A stretch of 64,000 nucleotides of DNA from Rhizophagus irregularis (lineage: Eukaryota): NCBI RefSeq assembly GCF_026210795.1, contig NC_089432.1:3472001-3536000 (forward strand), given 5' to 3'. The translations under genes and the position numbers were made by a program. Shown here piece after piece: positions 1 to 11,710 of the stretch. The stretch's first letter is position 1, and each line of letters opens with the position of its first letter. Under the pieces are notes generated by a model. It was not told where the DNA came from. It saw nothing but the letters and a program-made list of their open reading frames with translations, and ran no database searches.

Positions 1-779
1 GAAAAAATTTCACGTCTTCTAAAGAATAAATGTATTGTTTTCATTCAGAAGTCATTATAACAAATGTATAAATTGAATTCACTCTAAATAGGATTTACAA
101 GAAAATTTTAAGCTTCATACCTTTAATGTTTCACTCAAAAAAAAAATATTCATAGATGCTCATTATGCATTGGTACTTATTTGTGCGATTTCTTTGCCTT
201 CAATTATATTGTATATTTCAACTTTATAATTCGAATCAATATATGAATTTTTTTTTTTGATCACTCAAAAATAATTAAACATTTTTAATACACTTAGGAA
301 ACTGTTTATTAATTCAAAAACTATTGAATATGGCCCCTACTCTCGCCATATTCTGTCACTTCCAAAAATCAAAATTTGAAGTGTCCAACCCCTAATCCTT
401 CGAAATACAGTACAATAATAAATAATACATTCCTTAACATAACAAAATTAAATATTTCCTGGATGCTGCCCCAATCGTAAGCCAGGTATCAAACGAATAA
501 TAGGCAAAATAAAATAAAAAAAAATCAGAAACTGGACAATTCTGCTCTATTAAAGAAAAGGATACATTTAAACCATGTCCTCAGGAGTTAATTTATGCTT
601 TCTAAAAATACTTGGTAACCTAGAAGAAAAAATGCGAGAAATAATAAATTTAGTATATACATAAATCATTACCTTTTTAGCCATACCCCTCATCCAGTCT
701 TTGAGAAATATCCAGTTAGGAAGTAAGAAATCAGCTGCCTATAAAAGCAAATAAAATAAATTTAATGGATTAATTAATT

Positions 780-1238
780 TTAAATATAAATATTAAAATT
801 AGTACATACACAATCCAAAAGGTAATCTGATATTTTCTTATATATCACATTAAGTACAATCAGATCAAACCTTCTGAAAAAACGTCCAGCTGATTCAGGA
901 TATTCTTGAAAAATCCAAATGAAAAGGGAAGGTACCATGTGATCTCCCCTTTCCATTAGTTCTTTCAAGTTCCTTATAGAGCAGAAGTCCGAATAGTTAT
1001 TGTATAGTTTTTTGATATAAATAACTATTTGTTGTCCAGTTTCTGATTTGTAAAAATCTAAAACTAAATAAAATAAAGTAAAAAGAAAATTAAAGAAATC
1101 ATAAAAAAGTGATGGCCTTCCAAAGGCCAACACAACCAAAGAACCAAAAAGAAACCCAGTAAGAAACCATACAGTCCTGCTGCATGGTGAAAGGCCTGGG
1201 TTGTAATAGAGCGGAAGAATAGTACGTTGATAAGCCAT
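780..1238 (-). CDS. hypothetical protein; probably followed by small downstream exons toward ~560
   Basis: 152-aa ORF with a hydrophobic N-terminal stretch. Minus-strand splice-like signals (ttac ... cta on + strand) lie downstream at ~610-740. No family recognised. Confidence 0.3.
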   Translation of the reverse strand: MAYQRTILPLYYNPGLSPCSRTVWFLTGFLFGSLVVLAFGRPSLFYDFFNFLFTLFYLVLDFYKSETGQQIVIYIKKLYNNYSDFCSIRNLKELMERGDHMVPSLFIWIFQEYPESAGRFFRRFDLIVLNVIYKKISDYLLDCVCTNFNIYI

Positions 1239-2465
1239 TTTTTTTATATTGCCAGCAAATAAATAAAAAAGGCTTGAATATTTTTAATTTTCGCATAGAT
1301 AGGATATATATATTGTATTATCCTCAAATTCTGATTGGTTAAGCTTATGAAAGTTGGCGTTGGCGTTATAATTACATAATAATTATTTACAAAACGCGTT
1401 GTAGTTATCGAAAATATCACGCGTTTTTTAAAGTCAGACTGCCTGTCGTATTTTATCACCTGGTTACTAATTGGTATTCCGCCAGTTCCAATCAGAGTAT
1501 GACCCACGTGACGATCAACAGTACACCAATTCCAAAAAGTAGTCCTTTGCTTTCGCTCCGGCAAAAATCGGAATTTTTTGTTCACAAAACAAGATATTTT
1601 TTTTAAAAAAAGGTGAACTTACACAAATTAACTACGATTCTAAACTCTTATTTTTCAAAACATTTTATCATTAAAAACAGTTACAGTATTTTAAAAAACC
1701 GTTAAATTATTAGATGGTAATATTTTTTATTTTTCAATACTACTTTCGCATCCTTGTATACTTTTTGTACAATCTTTAATTAGTCTACAATTATCATAAT
1801 AGTAATCTTTGCACATGATTAATTTAGATTATATAATAGTTTCTCTATTTTTCTCGTCATGTATTCATATAATATAGTAATTATATACTGTATAATATAA
1901 TCTTGATAATAAATTGACTACGGGTCTTAATTTAATAAAGAAAAATTCATAAAATATAGCTTAAAACAACAACATTTATATAAAAATACAAGAAAAATAA
2001 TGCCATCTGAATGTTTACCGAAATAATTTCAAACTTGCTAAATAATTTATTCGATTCTTTTGCCGGAGGATTGTGGACCTTTGGGTTCAAGGCCGGAGGT
2101 GAGCATTAATGTAAAAGGTTTTTTTTAAACAATCACGCAATATAAAATATAAATAATTATGTACTATTGACACTTAACAAAATTATTTTTTTATTTTAAA
2201 TTGAGAGCAAATAGCCAAATACATAATTAATATAATGAGTAATACACAATTCCGCTGACGTCATCATAGATTCTGCAACAGGTGCTGTCAATTATATTAT
2301 TTATAGTAAGGGCGTAAGGCAAACAATTAAAGCAATTAGCGAATAATTCGGAAGTGTCACACGGGACGGGAACATCGATCATTTCCTAGTTAAAACTTTC
2401 AATGAACCCAATTTTGTATAACTATATATAAATTTCAATTCATTGACAATAACTCCATTCTTAAA

Positions 2466-3989
2466 ATGACTTCATTTTTTCATTCCAACCTTTCGAAAGA
2501 CCTTTCCTTAATATTAAATGATGCTGATGATTATAATGTTATTATTCAAGTAGGCGAGAATAACAATACAAAAGAATTTCGTGCACATTCAGTAATTTTA
2601 CGTGCTCGTTCTCCTTATTTCAAAGGTGCTCTTTCATCTTGTTGGATTACAAAGAAAAATGACATGATCATATTTAATAAATCAAATATTACTCCGAATG
2701 TTTTTGACATGATTTTAAGGTATGAATAAATTTTTTCATTCAAATAATTCATTTCATAGTAAAAATAACATTATAAAATATAATTTTATTTATTTATTAT
2801 AAGATATATTTATACTGGTGAACTTAATTTGACTAAACAATCGTGTGAAGACATTCTTGGATTACTAATTGCATCAGACGAATTATTAATTGAAGAATTA
2901 TGTAATTATATTCAAGATTATTTAATTGTAAAACCAAATAAATGGATTAAAAATAATTTTACTCTTATTTTCCGTACTGCGTTTAAACTTACTGGTTGTA
3001 AGAAATTGCAAGATTATTGTTTTGAATCTATTTGTAAAAATTTTGATTCATTTATTACTACAAATGATTTTCTCTCACTAGACAAGGATATTCTGTATGA
3101 ATTACTTAAACGAGATGATTTGCAGATTGAAGAAGTTGTTGCTTGGGATTACTTAATCAAATGGGGTATTGAACAGACCCCTAGTTTGGGAAATGAGAAT
3201 AATGATAGAACCAAATGGAATAATGAAAATTATGAATCATTAAAGAAAACTTTAAATCAATTTATTCCTCTTATTCGATTTGTGGATATTTTTTCTGATA
3301 AATTTTTTGATAAAGTTCAACCTTATAAAAATATTATTCCCGATCAAATTTATAAGGAATTTGAAGATTTTTATAATAATAATAAATATACCTTATCAAA
3401 AACGAAAATTTTACCACCTAGAATAGGAAATTTTGAATCAGAAATAATTAAACCAAAACTTGTTAATATAATTATTAATTGGATTGATAGAAAAGATTAT
3501 TATACAATTAATGATTCACGTTATAGGTTTAACCTTATTTATCGTAGTAGTCTTGATGGTATTAGTAAAGAATCATTTAAAATCAAATGTAAAGGTCAAG
3601 TAGAAAGTTTGGTTTTAATTAAAGTTGAAAGATCAAACAAAATTTTTGGTGGATATAGTTCTATTGGACTTAACTTGGATGAAAATGATATGGATTCTAA
3701 TGATCATGAAAAATTTTATTATTCTTCAGATAATTTTATTTTTTCATTTGAAAATAATGAAGATATTCAAAATATGAAAATAAGTCGTATAATAAATCAT
3801 TATAAGGCTATATATAATCATTCTAGTACCGGATTTAATTTCGGTTTTAATTCATTATTCATAACATTTGTATCAGGAAAACAATATTTATACGCTCATA
3901 ATGAAAGTCATAATTATGAAGATAATTTAAATACAAATGAAATTTATGTTATTGAAGAAATTGAAACTTTTAATGTAACTAAAGAATAA
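2466..3989 (+). CDS. BTB/POZ-BACK-TLD(TLDc) domain protein, 2 exons (2466-2719, 2804-3989)
   Basis: BTB motif EFRAHSVILRARSPYF. A GT-AG intron at 2720-2803 joins ...DMILR/YIYTGEL in frame. BACK-like LLKRDDLQIEE..WDYLIKWG and TLD-like LIYRSSLDG..IFGGYS..FIFSF..GFNFG..IEEIETF. No internal stops. Confidence 0.92.
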
Positions 3990-4749
3990 TTAATAAAATT
4001 ATGAAAGTTACCTCGTAAAAAAATTTGTCAAATTGTGATATCCAAATTTTTCGATTTTTCATGTATCGAATAATTAAGTAATAACAAATCAAGAAATTTT
4101 AAAAATGGTGATAGTTGCAAATTATAATTTAATTAAATATTTTATTATTATAGAAAATTTCAATGTCACTAATTTATTCATTATTAGCTCTAAACTCTGA
4201 ATGGAAATAATTAATTTGAAATACGAAATATAACTGTACCACAAGAAACGAAATAAATTATATCGTATTGAATTTAATCTAGCCAAATATTTTTTGGTGC
4301 CAATTTTCATTTAAGAGATCATGATTTAAATTTTTTCACTTTTTAGTTATCTTTTTAATGAAATATAGAACTTTATTTAAATCCAAGGAAGGTTCAGTGA
4401 AACTATTTGTTGAAGCTTTATGAACATTTTAATTAATGATTTACGTCATTGACATGTTTAATAGCTACTAAAGTAACAGAAATTTTATATAAAAGGATTC
4501 AATTAAATAAATAAATATTTATAAAGTACATAACAATAGAAATAGCAAATAGCTTACAAGCTGTATTATTAAATAATTTTTATAAATAAAGAATTTAGTT
4601 AGTTTAAATTATATGTAAATATTATATAAATAAGTAATAATAGAATTAAATAAATAACTTACAAGCTATATTATTTTAAATAAAGAATTTAGTTAGTTTA
4701 AATTAAATTATAACAATAAGTAATAATAGAATTAAATAAATAACTTACT

Positions 4750-5285
4750 CGCAATATTATTTAATAATTTTTTAAAGTAAATATTGCATAATATGTTGAG
4801 TAACATGTTAAAAATTTTTTATATATGAAGAAAATGAAGAAAATTTTTTTGATTTGTTGATTTGAATAAATTGATAAATTTATATTGTGTAAAATAAAGT
4901 AATATTGATTATTTTAAGTACTTTTTTTTTATTTTTTTTTGCGTAAGTAAATTGTGTAATTTGCGTAAGTAAATATTGCGTAATACGTAGAGTAACCCGT
5001 AATTTTTCTTTTTTTTTTTAAATGAAAAAAAATGGAGAAAAAATATATATAGCCCATCCATTCATAAGGAGGGAGGGTGAGCGTTATACTCTTAGATTTA
5101 GGATTCATTATTATTATTACTAAATCTATAATCTAAAATCTAAGATATTAAATTCGCAGGCAAACTTTTCGTGTTGATCACAACCAAAAAAGAGTATACT
5201 TTGCAAGTGTTTTGATGATCGTTTAACCGGGAGTCTATGGGACACATTATTTTAAAAAATATAAAAAATAATTGCAACACTATAT
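4750..5285. repeat. dispersed repeat, copy 1 (related copies at ~24170-24530 and partially ~32515-32620)
   Basis: Shared blocks GGAGGGTG..TTATACTCTTAGATTTAGGATT and GATCACAACCAAAAAAGAGTATACTTTGCAAGTG. Confidence 0.75.
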
Positions 5286-8089
5286 TTCAGGGAGTACGAC
5301 AGACTACCGAATAGGAAAAGGCCATTGTCTGTTTTTACTCTACGATAATATAATTAGAAAAAAAATATTATTAAAAAAAAATTAGTAAAAGACACTTAAT
5401 ATAGCATCGCATCAACTGATCCAAACTTAAAAGTTGAAAAAGAATGAAAAATAATTAGAAAAAAAATTATTATTAATAAAAAGGTGCTTACTGTAATACT
5501 GCAACGTCATTCTGATCCAGATTCAAGTCTAAATAAAAAATCAATATATTAAATATATTATAAAGGAAACTACATTAGTAAAAAAAAATGGTGAAAAAAA
5601 AATCTGAAAAAAAATAAAAAATATTGAAAAAAAAATTTCAGTTTTAAGTGAAATTCTATTTTTGTATTATATAACCATCCGGTTTAGTGAAAAAAAATAT
5701 ACCCGAATTATTAATTTACAATAAATTGAATTTATTTCTTTTCTAACGAATTTTTCTGACAATCTCTCATTATCTGTTATATTATTTCATCATTAATATT
5801 TTAAATTACGAAAAATTTTAACAATTAAAATAGTCATATCATAAACTATTCAATTTATTTTTGAACTTTTGATGGTATCGTACATCTATCAATATTAAAA
5901 AGCCTATCTATCATAAAATTTTAAGATATGATTAAAACGATGCTCTCACACGAAGAACGGAATTAATTATCAATTTTTAAATTAGACGAAGGTTTCGATC
6001 TATAAAATTTAGCCGATGATGATCTGCTTATATAATCCAATTTTCAAATTTGATTTGTAGATTATGGCGTAAATAGAAGTAGTATTTGAGTATTTCATGT
6101 ATTCCATTTAGCCATTTTTGTAAAAAATCAACATTAATAAATACGGTAACAAGTTTTTTCACACTTGTAAGTTATAAAATATAAACATAACAGATAAATG
6201 AAAAAAAATTGAATTTTAGTTAACTTGGTCTATACCTTAAGTATTAACCAAAACCATTTATTATGCGTAAAATGATATAATCAAATGAAATTTCACTACA
6301 TTGAGCGGAATATTTGCACTTACTGTATTACAGTTTTATGTTTAAAATCTTTATTTATATAGAATATTCTTAAATATAAAATCTGATAAATCTATATGTA
6401 CTATATATTATAAAAATTTATAAAGTAAACTAACTTCAATACACGAATTTATTTAACTTTAACTTTCACATAAAAAGAAACTTCATTCAATATTATCTTC
6501 ACCATCTTGACAAATTTCATTTAACTCTATAAAAAAAGATAAATTAGATATAGAATATCAATAAAATTATAAATAATAATAACTTACCTAATTCACTTAA
6601 TTGAACATCTAAGCATTCTGAAACTGTATATTATGTATTTATAGTATTTAAATGTTAGTAAATTTAAATAAAATAATTATAATAATAAAGGGAATACTTA
6701 CTTGGATTTGCTGATGTTGATTGAGCAGTATCTATTAAAACATAAAATAACATCAATAATGTAAAATGAATTATTTGATAAAACAAAATAAAATTTAATT
6801 ACCTGAACTGAATTGAAAAGATGATAAATCTGAAGAATTTACTGGTTTTGGAAGATTTTTGAAATTTAAAAGTCTACTAGTATAAATTGCTTGTGGGTGA
6901 GTTTTGAAACTTTTGGATTTATCTTCATTTAATCTGTTTTTGAATTTTTCTTTACTAATTTTATCACATTCTTTTATTTGAAAATATATTTCACTATTGT
7001 CACCATTTTCACTATTTTCGCCATCTTTACCATCTTTAATATTTTTAATCTCAACATTCCATTTCTTTAATAGTTGATACAATTCTTTAGTGGTTGGCCT
7101 ATTTTTTATTTCAGCATCCCAACATTTTATTATCAAATCTGCAAGTAACTTTGGTATGTCTTTAGAAATTGTTGGTCTAAATCCTTTACATATTTTAATA
7201 GCTAAAAATTCATTATGAGGAATATCATTAAAAGGAATTTCTTCAGAAAGAAATTCGTTCATTATTATTCCAAATGAGTAAATATCTGCTGCTTTTGTAT
7301 ATTGTTGTCCACGTAAAACTTCTGGTGCCATATATGGTAATACTCCATAAATTCCTTCTTCTTTAACTGTTTGCTTTATATTTGCTGGTTGACACATTCC
7401 TAAATCACTTATATATGGATAATAACTAAATAATATATTGCCTGAATGAAAATCTTTGTGAATTTTTTCAGCATTATGAATATCTAAAAGTCCTCTTGCA
7501 ATTTGTTGTAATTTATCAATTTTTGATTTATAATTTATATAATTTTCAGATTTATTTAAATAATTTCTCAAATTTCCATCATTACAATATTCTATAACCA
7601 TCATATACTCTTTATTATTTGGATCTTGAGTAATTCCAAAACATTGAACAATATCTACAAGATGAATCTGAAGATGAGATTTAATCTAATTATCATCAAA
7701 AAGGAAAAATTTTATTAATAAGTAAATGCAAATAACAATCTTTATATATAAGACAAAGTAAGTTTAAATTACCTCATTTAAAAAATCTGAACATATATCA
7801 GATGAATTATTTAAACTTTTCAATGCATATTTATTAGACTTTCTTCTATACCATTTTTGATTTTCAATATCCCAATTACACCCCACTCGGGTGATCATCA
7901 AAGGATATAACCTTATTATTTACGTCACAAGTGCATAGGATATATCCTTTGGTGGGCGGCCCATGGGCATTATTATATAAGTCACGTGACTTATAATTTT
8001 AACGTTAATATTTTAATGCTAATTTCAGCACATACTTATAATGCCCATAATGTCTGGCACACAATCCCAGAAAAACATGCGTTGGTTTA

Positions 8090-8640
8090 GCGCATGTTTC
8101 CCAGAGTAACATGCGGTAACTCTGGCGCATGTTCCCAGTAACATGCAATGACTCTGGCGCATGTTCCCTACTGTAACATGCAATGACACTGGCGCATGTT
8201 CCCTACTGTAACATGCAATGACTCTGGCGCATGTTCCCTACTGTAACATGCGATGACTCTGGCGCATGTTCCCTACTGTAACATGCGGTGACTCTAGCGC
8301 ATGTTCCTACTGTAACATGCGTGGACTCTGGCGCATGTTTCCTACTGTAACATGCGATAACTCTGGTGCATGTTTCCTACTGTAACATGCGGTGACTCTG
8401 GCGCATGTTTCCTACTGTAATATGCGGTGACTCTGGCGCATGTTTCCTACTGTAACATGCGATAACTCTGGCGCATGTTTCCTACTGTAACATGCGGTGA
8501 CTCTGGCGCATGTTTCCTACTGTAACATGCGGTGACTCTGGCGCATGTTTCCTACTGTAACATGTGGTGACTCTGGCGCATGTTCCCTATAGTAACATGT
8601 GGTGACTCTAGTTTATTTTTCTTACTGTAACATGCAGTGA
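8090..8640. repeat. subterminal tandem array, ~35-bp unit GACTCTGGCGCATGTTTCCTACTGTAACATGCGGT
   Basis: About 15 head-to-tail units, each with the internal palindrome GCATGTT..AACATGC. Confidence 0.9.
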
Positions 8641-9650
8641 TTTTAGTACATATTCTTATATCTAAAATACCAAATATTTAATACTAAGCATTACTAGTAT
8701 TAATGCATATTATGTTATAGAATATTGCATATTATGTTTTAGAAATATATATAACTTTACTAAAAATGGCCATTTTTTTGAAATAGTATTTAAGGTTTAT
8801 TTTTAGTAATTTTAGCAAAAAAATAATAAAACAAAAAAAAATAAACAAAAAAAAAATAAACAAAAAAAAAAATAATAAAATAACAAAAAACAACAAAAAA
8901 TAAAAAATAACAAATGATTTGCATAATCATGTATATTTTAAAGTTTATAAGTAATTAATTTTATGATTACTTTACTGATACAAATATAATAATCATTTGT
9001 TTTTTTTCATTCCTATATATTCAATTTTTTCTTTTTTTTTTATTTGATTTTATTTTTTTTATTGATTTTATTTTTTTTTGTTAATTTTATTTTTTTTTTG
9101 TTAATTTTATTTTTTTTGTTAAAATTTTATCTTTTTTTTTTTTGTTAATTTTATTTTTTTTTTGTTTATTTTATTTTTTTTTGTTAACTTTATTTTTTTT
9201 TATTAATTTTTTATTGTTTTATTATTTTTTTGCTAAAATTACTAAAATAAACTTTAAATACTATTTCAAAAAAAATATATAACAATTTAATATGTATTTT
9301 CTACCATAATATGCAGTAATCATAGCACATATTCCAGATGCTGTATATTATTTATTAATATAATATGCAGTAATTTAGCATACATTCCAATGTAAATTTA
9401 TAATATATATACAACAATTCTTGCATATATTCCTGATGCATAATATGCAATATTCTATAATATAATGCAGTGATTCTGGTAATATTCAGTTTAAATATTT
9501 GATGTTTTAAACATAAGAATATGTATCAGAAATCAGAATCATTACAGTAAGGAATATACACCAGAGTTACCACATGTTATAGTAAGAAACATGCACCAGA
9601 ATTACTGCATGTTACAGTAGGAAATATGTACCAAAGTTATTGCATGTTAC

Positions 9651-9929
9651 CACTGGTAAAAAAATGATTTATCCTACACATATCTTACACATATTGGGCA
9701 CTCAAAATGTAGAAAATCATACACAAATAATACACATATCATACACATATCGGGTACTAATATATATATCATACATATATCAGGTACCTGATAGGTATAC
9801 TATATATATAAGTACCCGATATGTGTATGATATGTGTATTATTTGTGTATGATTTTCTACATTTTGAGTACCCGATATATGTAAGATATGTGTAGGATAT
9901 GTGTAGGATAGACCATTTTTTTACCAGTG
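9651..9929. mobile_element. CACTA/CMC-type MITE (279 bp, CACTG termini, 3-bp TSD TAC) nested in foldback copy 1
   Basis: Ends CACTGGTAAAAAAATG...CATTTTTTTACCAGTG. TAC at 9648-9650 and 9930-9932. The empty site catgttacagaaataaa is present in copy 2 at ~16324. Confidence 0.93.
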
Positions 9930-10094
9930 TACAGAAATAAACATGGAGAGAATTTGTGTGCTAGAATTATCATATATTGCTTTAGTAATATGTTCCAGAA
10001 TTAAGATATTTATAAAATTATATGACACGTGACTTATATAGTAATGCCTATGGGATGCCCACCGAAGGATATAACCTCTGGAAAATGTGTGGTA

Positions 10095-10845
10095 GGGACT
10101 AGCGCATGTTACTCTGGAAAACATATGGCAGGAATTAGTACATGTTACTCTGGGAAACATGCGGCAAGGACTAGCGCATGTTACTCTAGGAAACATGCGG
10201 CAAGAACTAGCGCATGTTACTCTGGGAAACATGCGGTGGGACTAGCACATGTTACTCTGGGAAACATGCGGCAAGAACTAGCGCATGTTACTCTGGGAAA
10301 CATGCGGCGGGACTAGCGCATGTTACTCTGGGAAACATGCGGCAAGGACTAGCGCATGTTACTCTGGGAAACATGCGGCAAGGACTAGCGCATGTTACTC
10401 TGGGAAACATGCGGCAAGGACTAGCGCATGTTACTCTGGGAAACATGCGGCAAGGACTAGCGCATGTTACTCTGGGAAACATGCGGCAGGACTAGCGCAT
10501 GTTACTCTGGGAAACATGCGGCAAGGACTAGCGCATGTTACTCAGGGAAACATGCGGCAAGGACTAGCGCATGTTATTCTGGGAAAACATGCGGCAAGGA
10601 CTAGCGCATGTTACTCTGGGAAACATGCGGCAAGGACTAGCGCATGTTACTCTGGGAAACATGCGGCAAGGACTAGCGCATGTTACTCTGGGAAACATGC
10701 GGCAAGGACTAGTGCATGTTACTCTAGAAACATGCGGCAAGGACTAGCGCATGTTACTCTGGGAAACATGCGGCAAGGATTAGCGCATGTTACTCTGGGA
10801 AACATGCGGCGAGACTAGCGCATGTTACTCTGGGAAACATGCGCC
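10095..10845. repeat. subterminal tandem array, ~36-bp unit GGACTAGCGCATGTTACTCTGGGAAACATGCGGCAA
   Basis: About 20 near-identical units with no spacers. Source of the repetitive ORFs in the track. Confidence 0.92.
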
Positions 10846-11710
10846 AGACTAATGCATGTTTCTCTGGAAATGTGCGCCAGACGTTATGGGCATTATAGGT
10901 ATGTGCTGAAATTAGCATTAAAATATTAACGTTAAAATTAAAAGTCACGTGACTTATATAGTAATGCCCATGGGCCGCCCACCAAAGGATATAACCTATG
11001 CATTTGTGACGTAAATAATAAGGTTATATCCTTTGATGATCACCCGAGTGGGGTGCCCAATTATAAATATATCCTTCAGGCCATTCAGCTGAATAAATCT
11101 TACCAAAACCACCTTCCGCAATATAAGTGATATTTTGAAATTTTTCAAAAGGTATCCATTCAAGATATTTTTTATGATATACAGCATTAAGTTGTGATTG
11201 CTGTATAAATTTATCAATATCTTTATTTCCACTAGTCCAATTTTTAAAGTTATCTTTAAATCTTTTAGCATTACAAGATTGACACTATTTTCTTCCTGTG
11301 CCAGGTTCTTTACATTCTCCACATATTCCATACGCTTGTTTTCTTTTTTCTAAATCTCCTATATAAACTACTCTTTCATCTACATTTTCTGATTCAATAG
11401 TTGAATCAATAGTAGGAATTGTAACATGGGCCTTTTAATAGACAAAAGATTATTAATATTTTTAACTACAAAAATTCAATAAAATAATTATAATTATTAA
11501 AAATATTAAATTGCTATTACCTGATATTTACTTGTATCAGCATTAGTAATCCATAAATTTTTTGGGGTTTCATCCATATTAATTGAGTTATGGATTATAA
11601 TTTTAATTTTAGTTACTAATATTAATAAATAACTTTGTTACTCAAAATAAATTTCAGAATTATTATGGGAAAAAGAAAAAAATTATAAATTAAACAAAAA
11701 TTCACATTAT

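Larger units (their letters stand above)
7879..11055. mobile_element. non-autonomous foldback DNA transposon, copy 1 (3177 bp, ~240-bp TIRs, 8-bp TSD CCCAATTA)
   Basis: Ends CACCCCACTCGGGTGATCATCAAAGG...CCTTTGATGATCACCCGAGTGGGGTG. TSD at 7871-7878 and 11056-11063. Removing the element and one TSD restores the kinase frame. No transposase ORF. Confidence 0.95.
6483..11577 (-). pseudogene. tyrosine-kinase-like protein kinase pseudogene, split by a foldback transposon
   Basis: ATG at 11577, intron 11520-11432, then YGICGECKEPGTGRK*CQSC...WTSGNKDID...LEWIPF...IAEGGFGKIY up to 11056. Coding resumes at 7870 (DIENQKW...ALKSLNNS), then HKDFHSGN, DLG, YMAPE, DIYSFG, and small 3' exons to TGA at 6485-6483. 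Premature TAG at 11287-11285. Confidence 0.92.

Noticed and set aside
9921..10818. Repetitive ORFs (GLAHVTLGNMRQ / SACYSGKHAART), also 16293-17240
   Set aside because: Open in several frames on both strands because of the 36-bp unit; not credible genes.
10095..10845. CRISPR-like array of 36-bp palindromic repeats (also 8090-8640, 14690-15250, 16495-17135)
   Set aside because: Units are head-to-tail with no unique spacers, there are no cas genes, the context is eukaryotic, and they lie inside TSD-bounded transposons.
10996..11331. 111-aa ORF as a separate gene
   Set aside because: It is an alternate frame over kinase exon 2 running into the transposon TIR.
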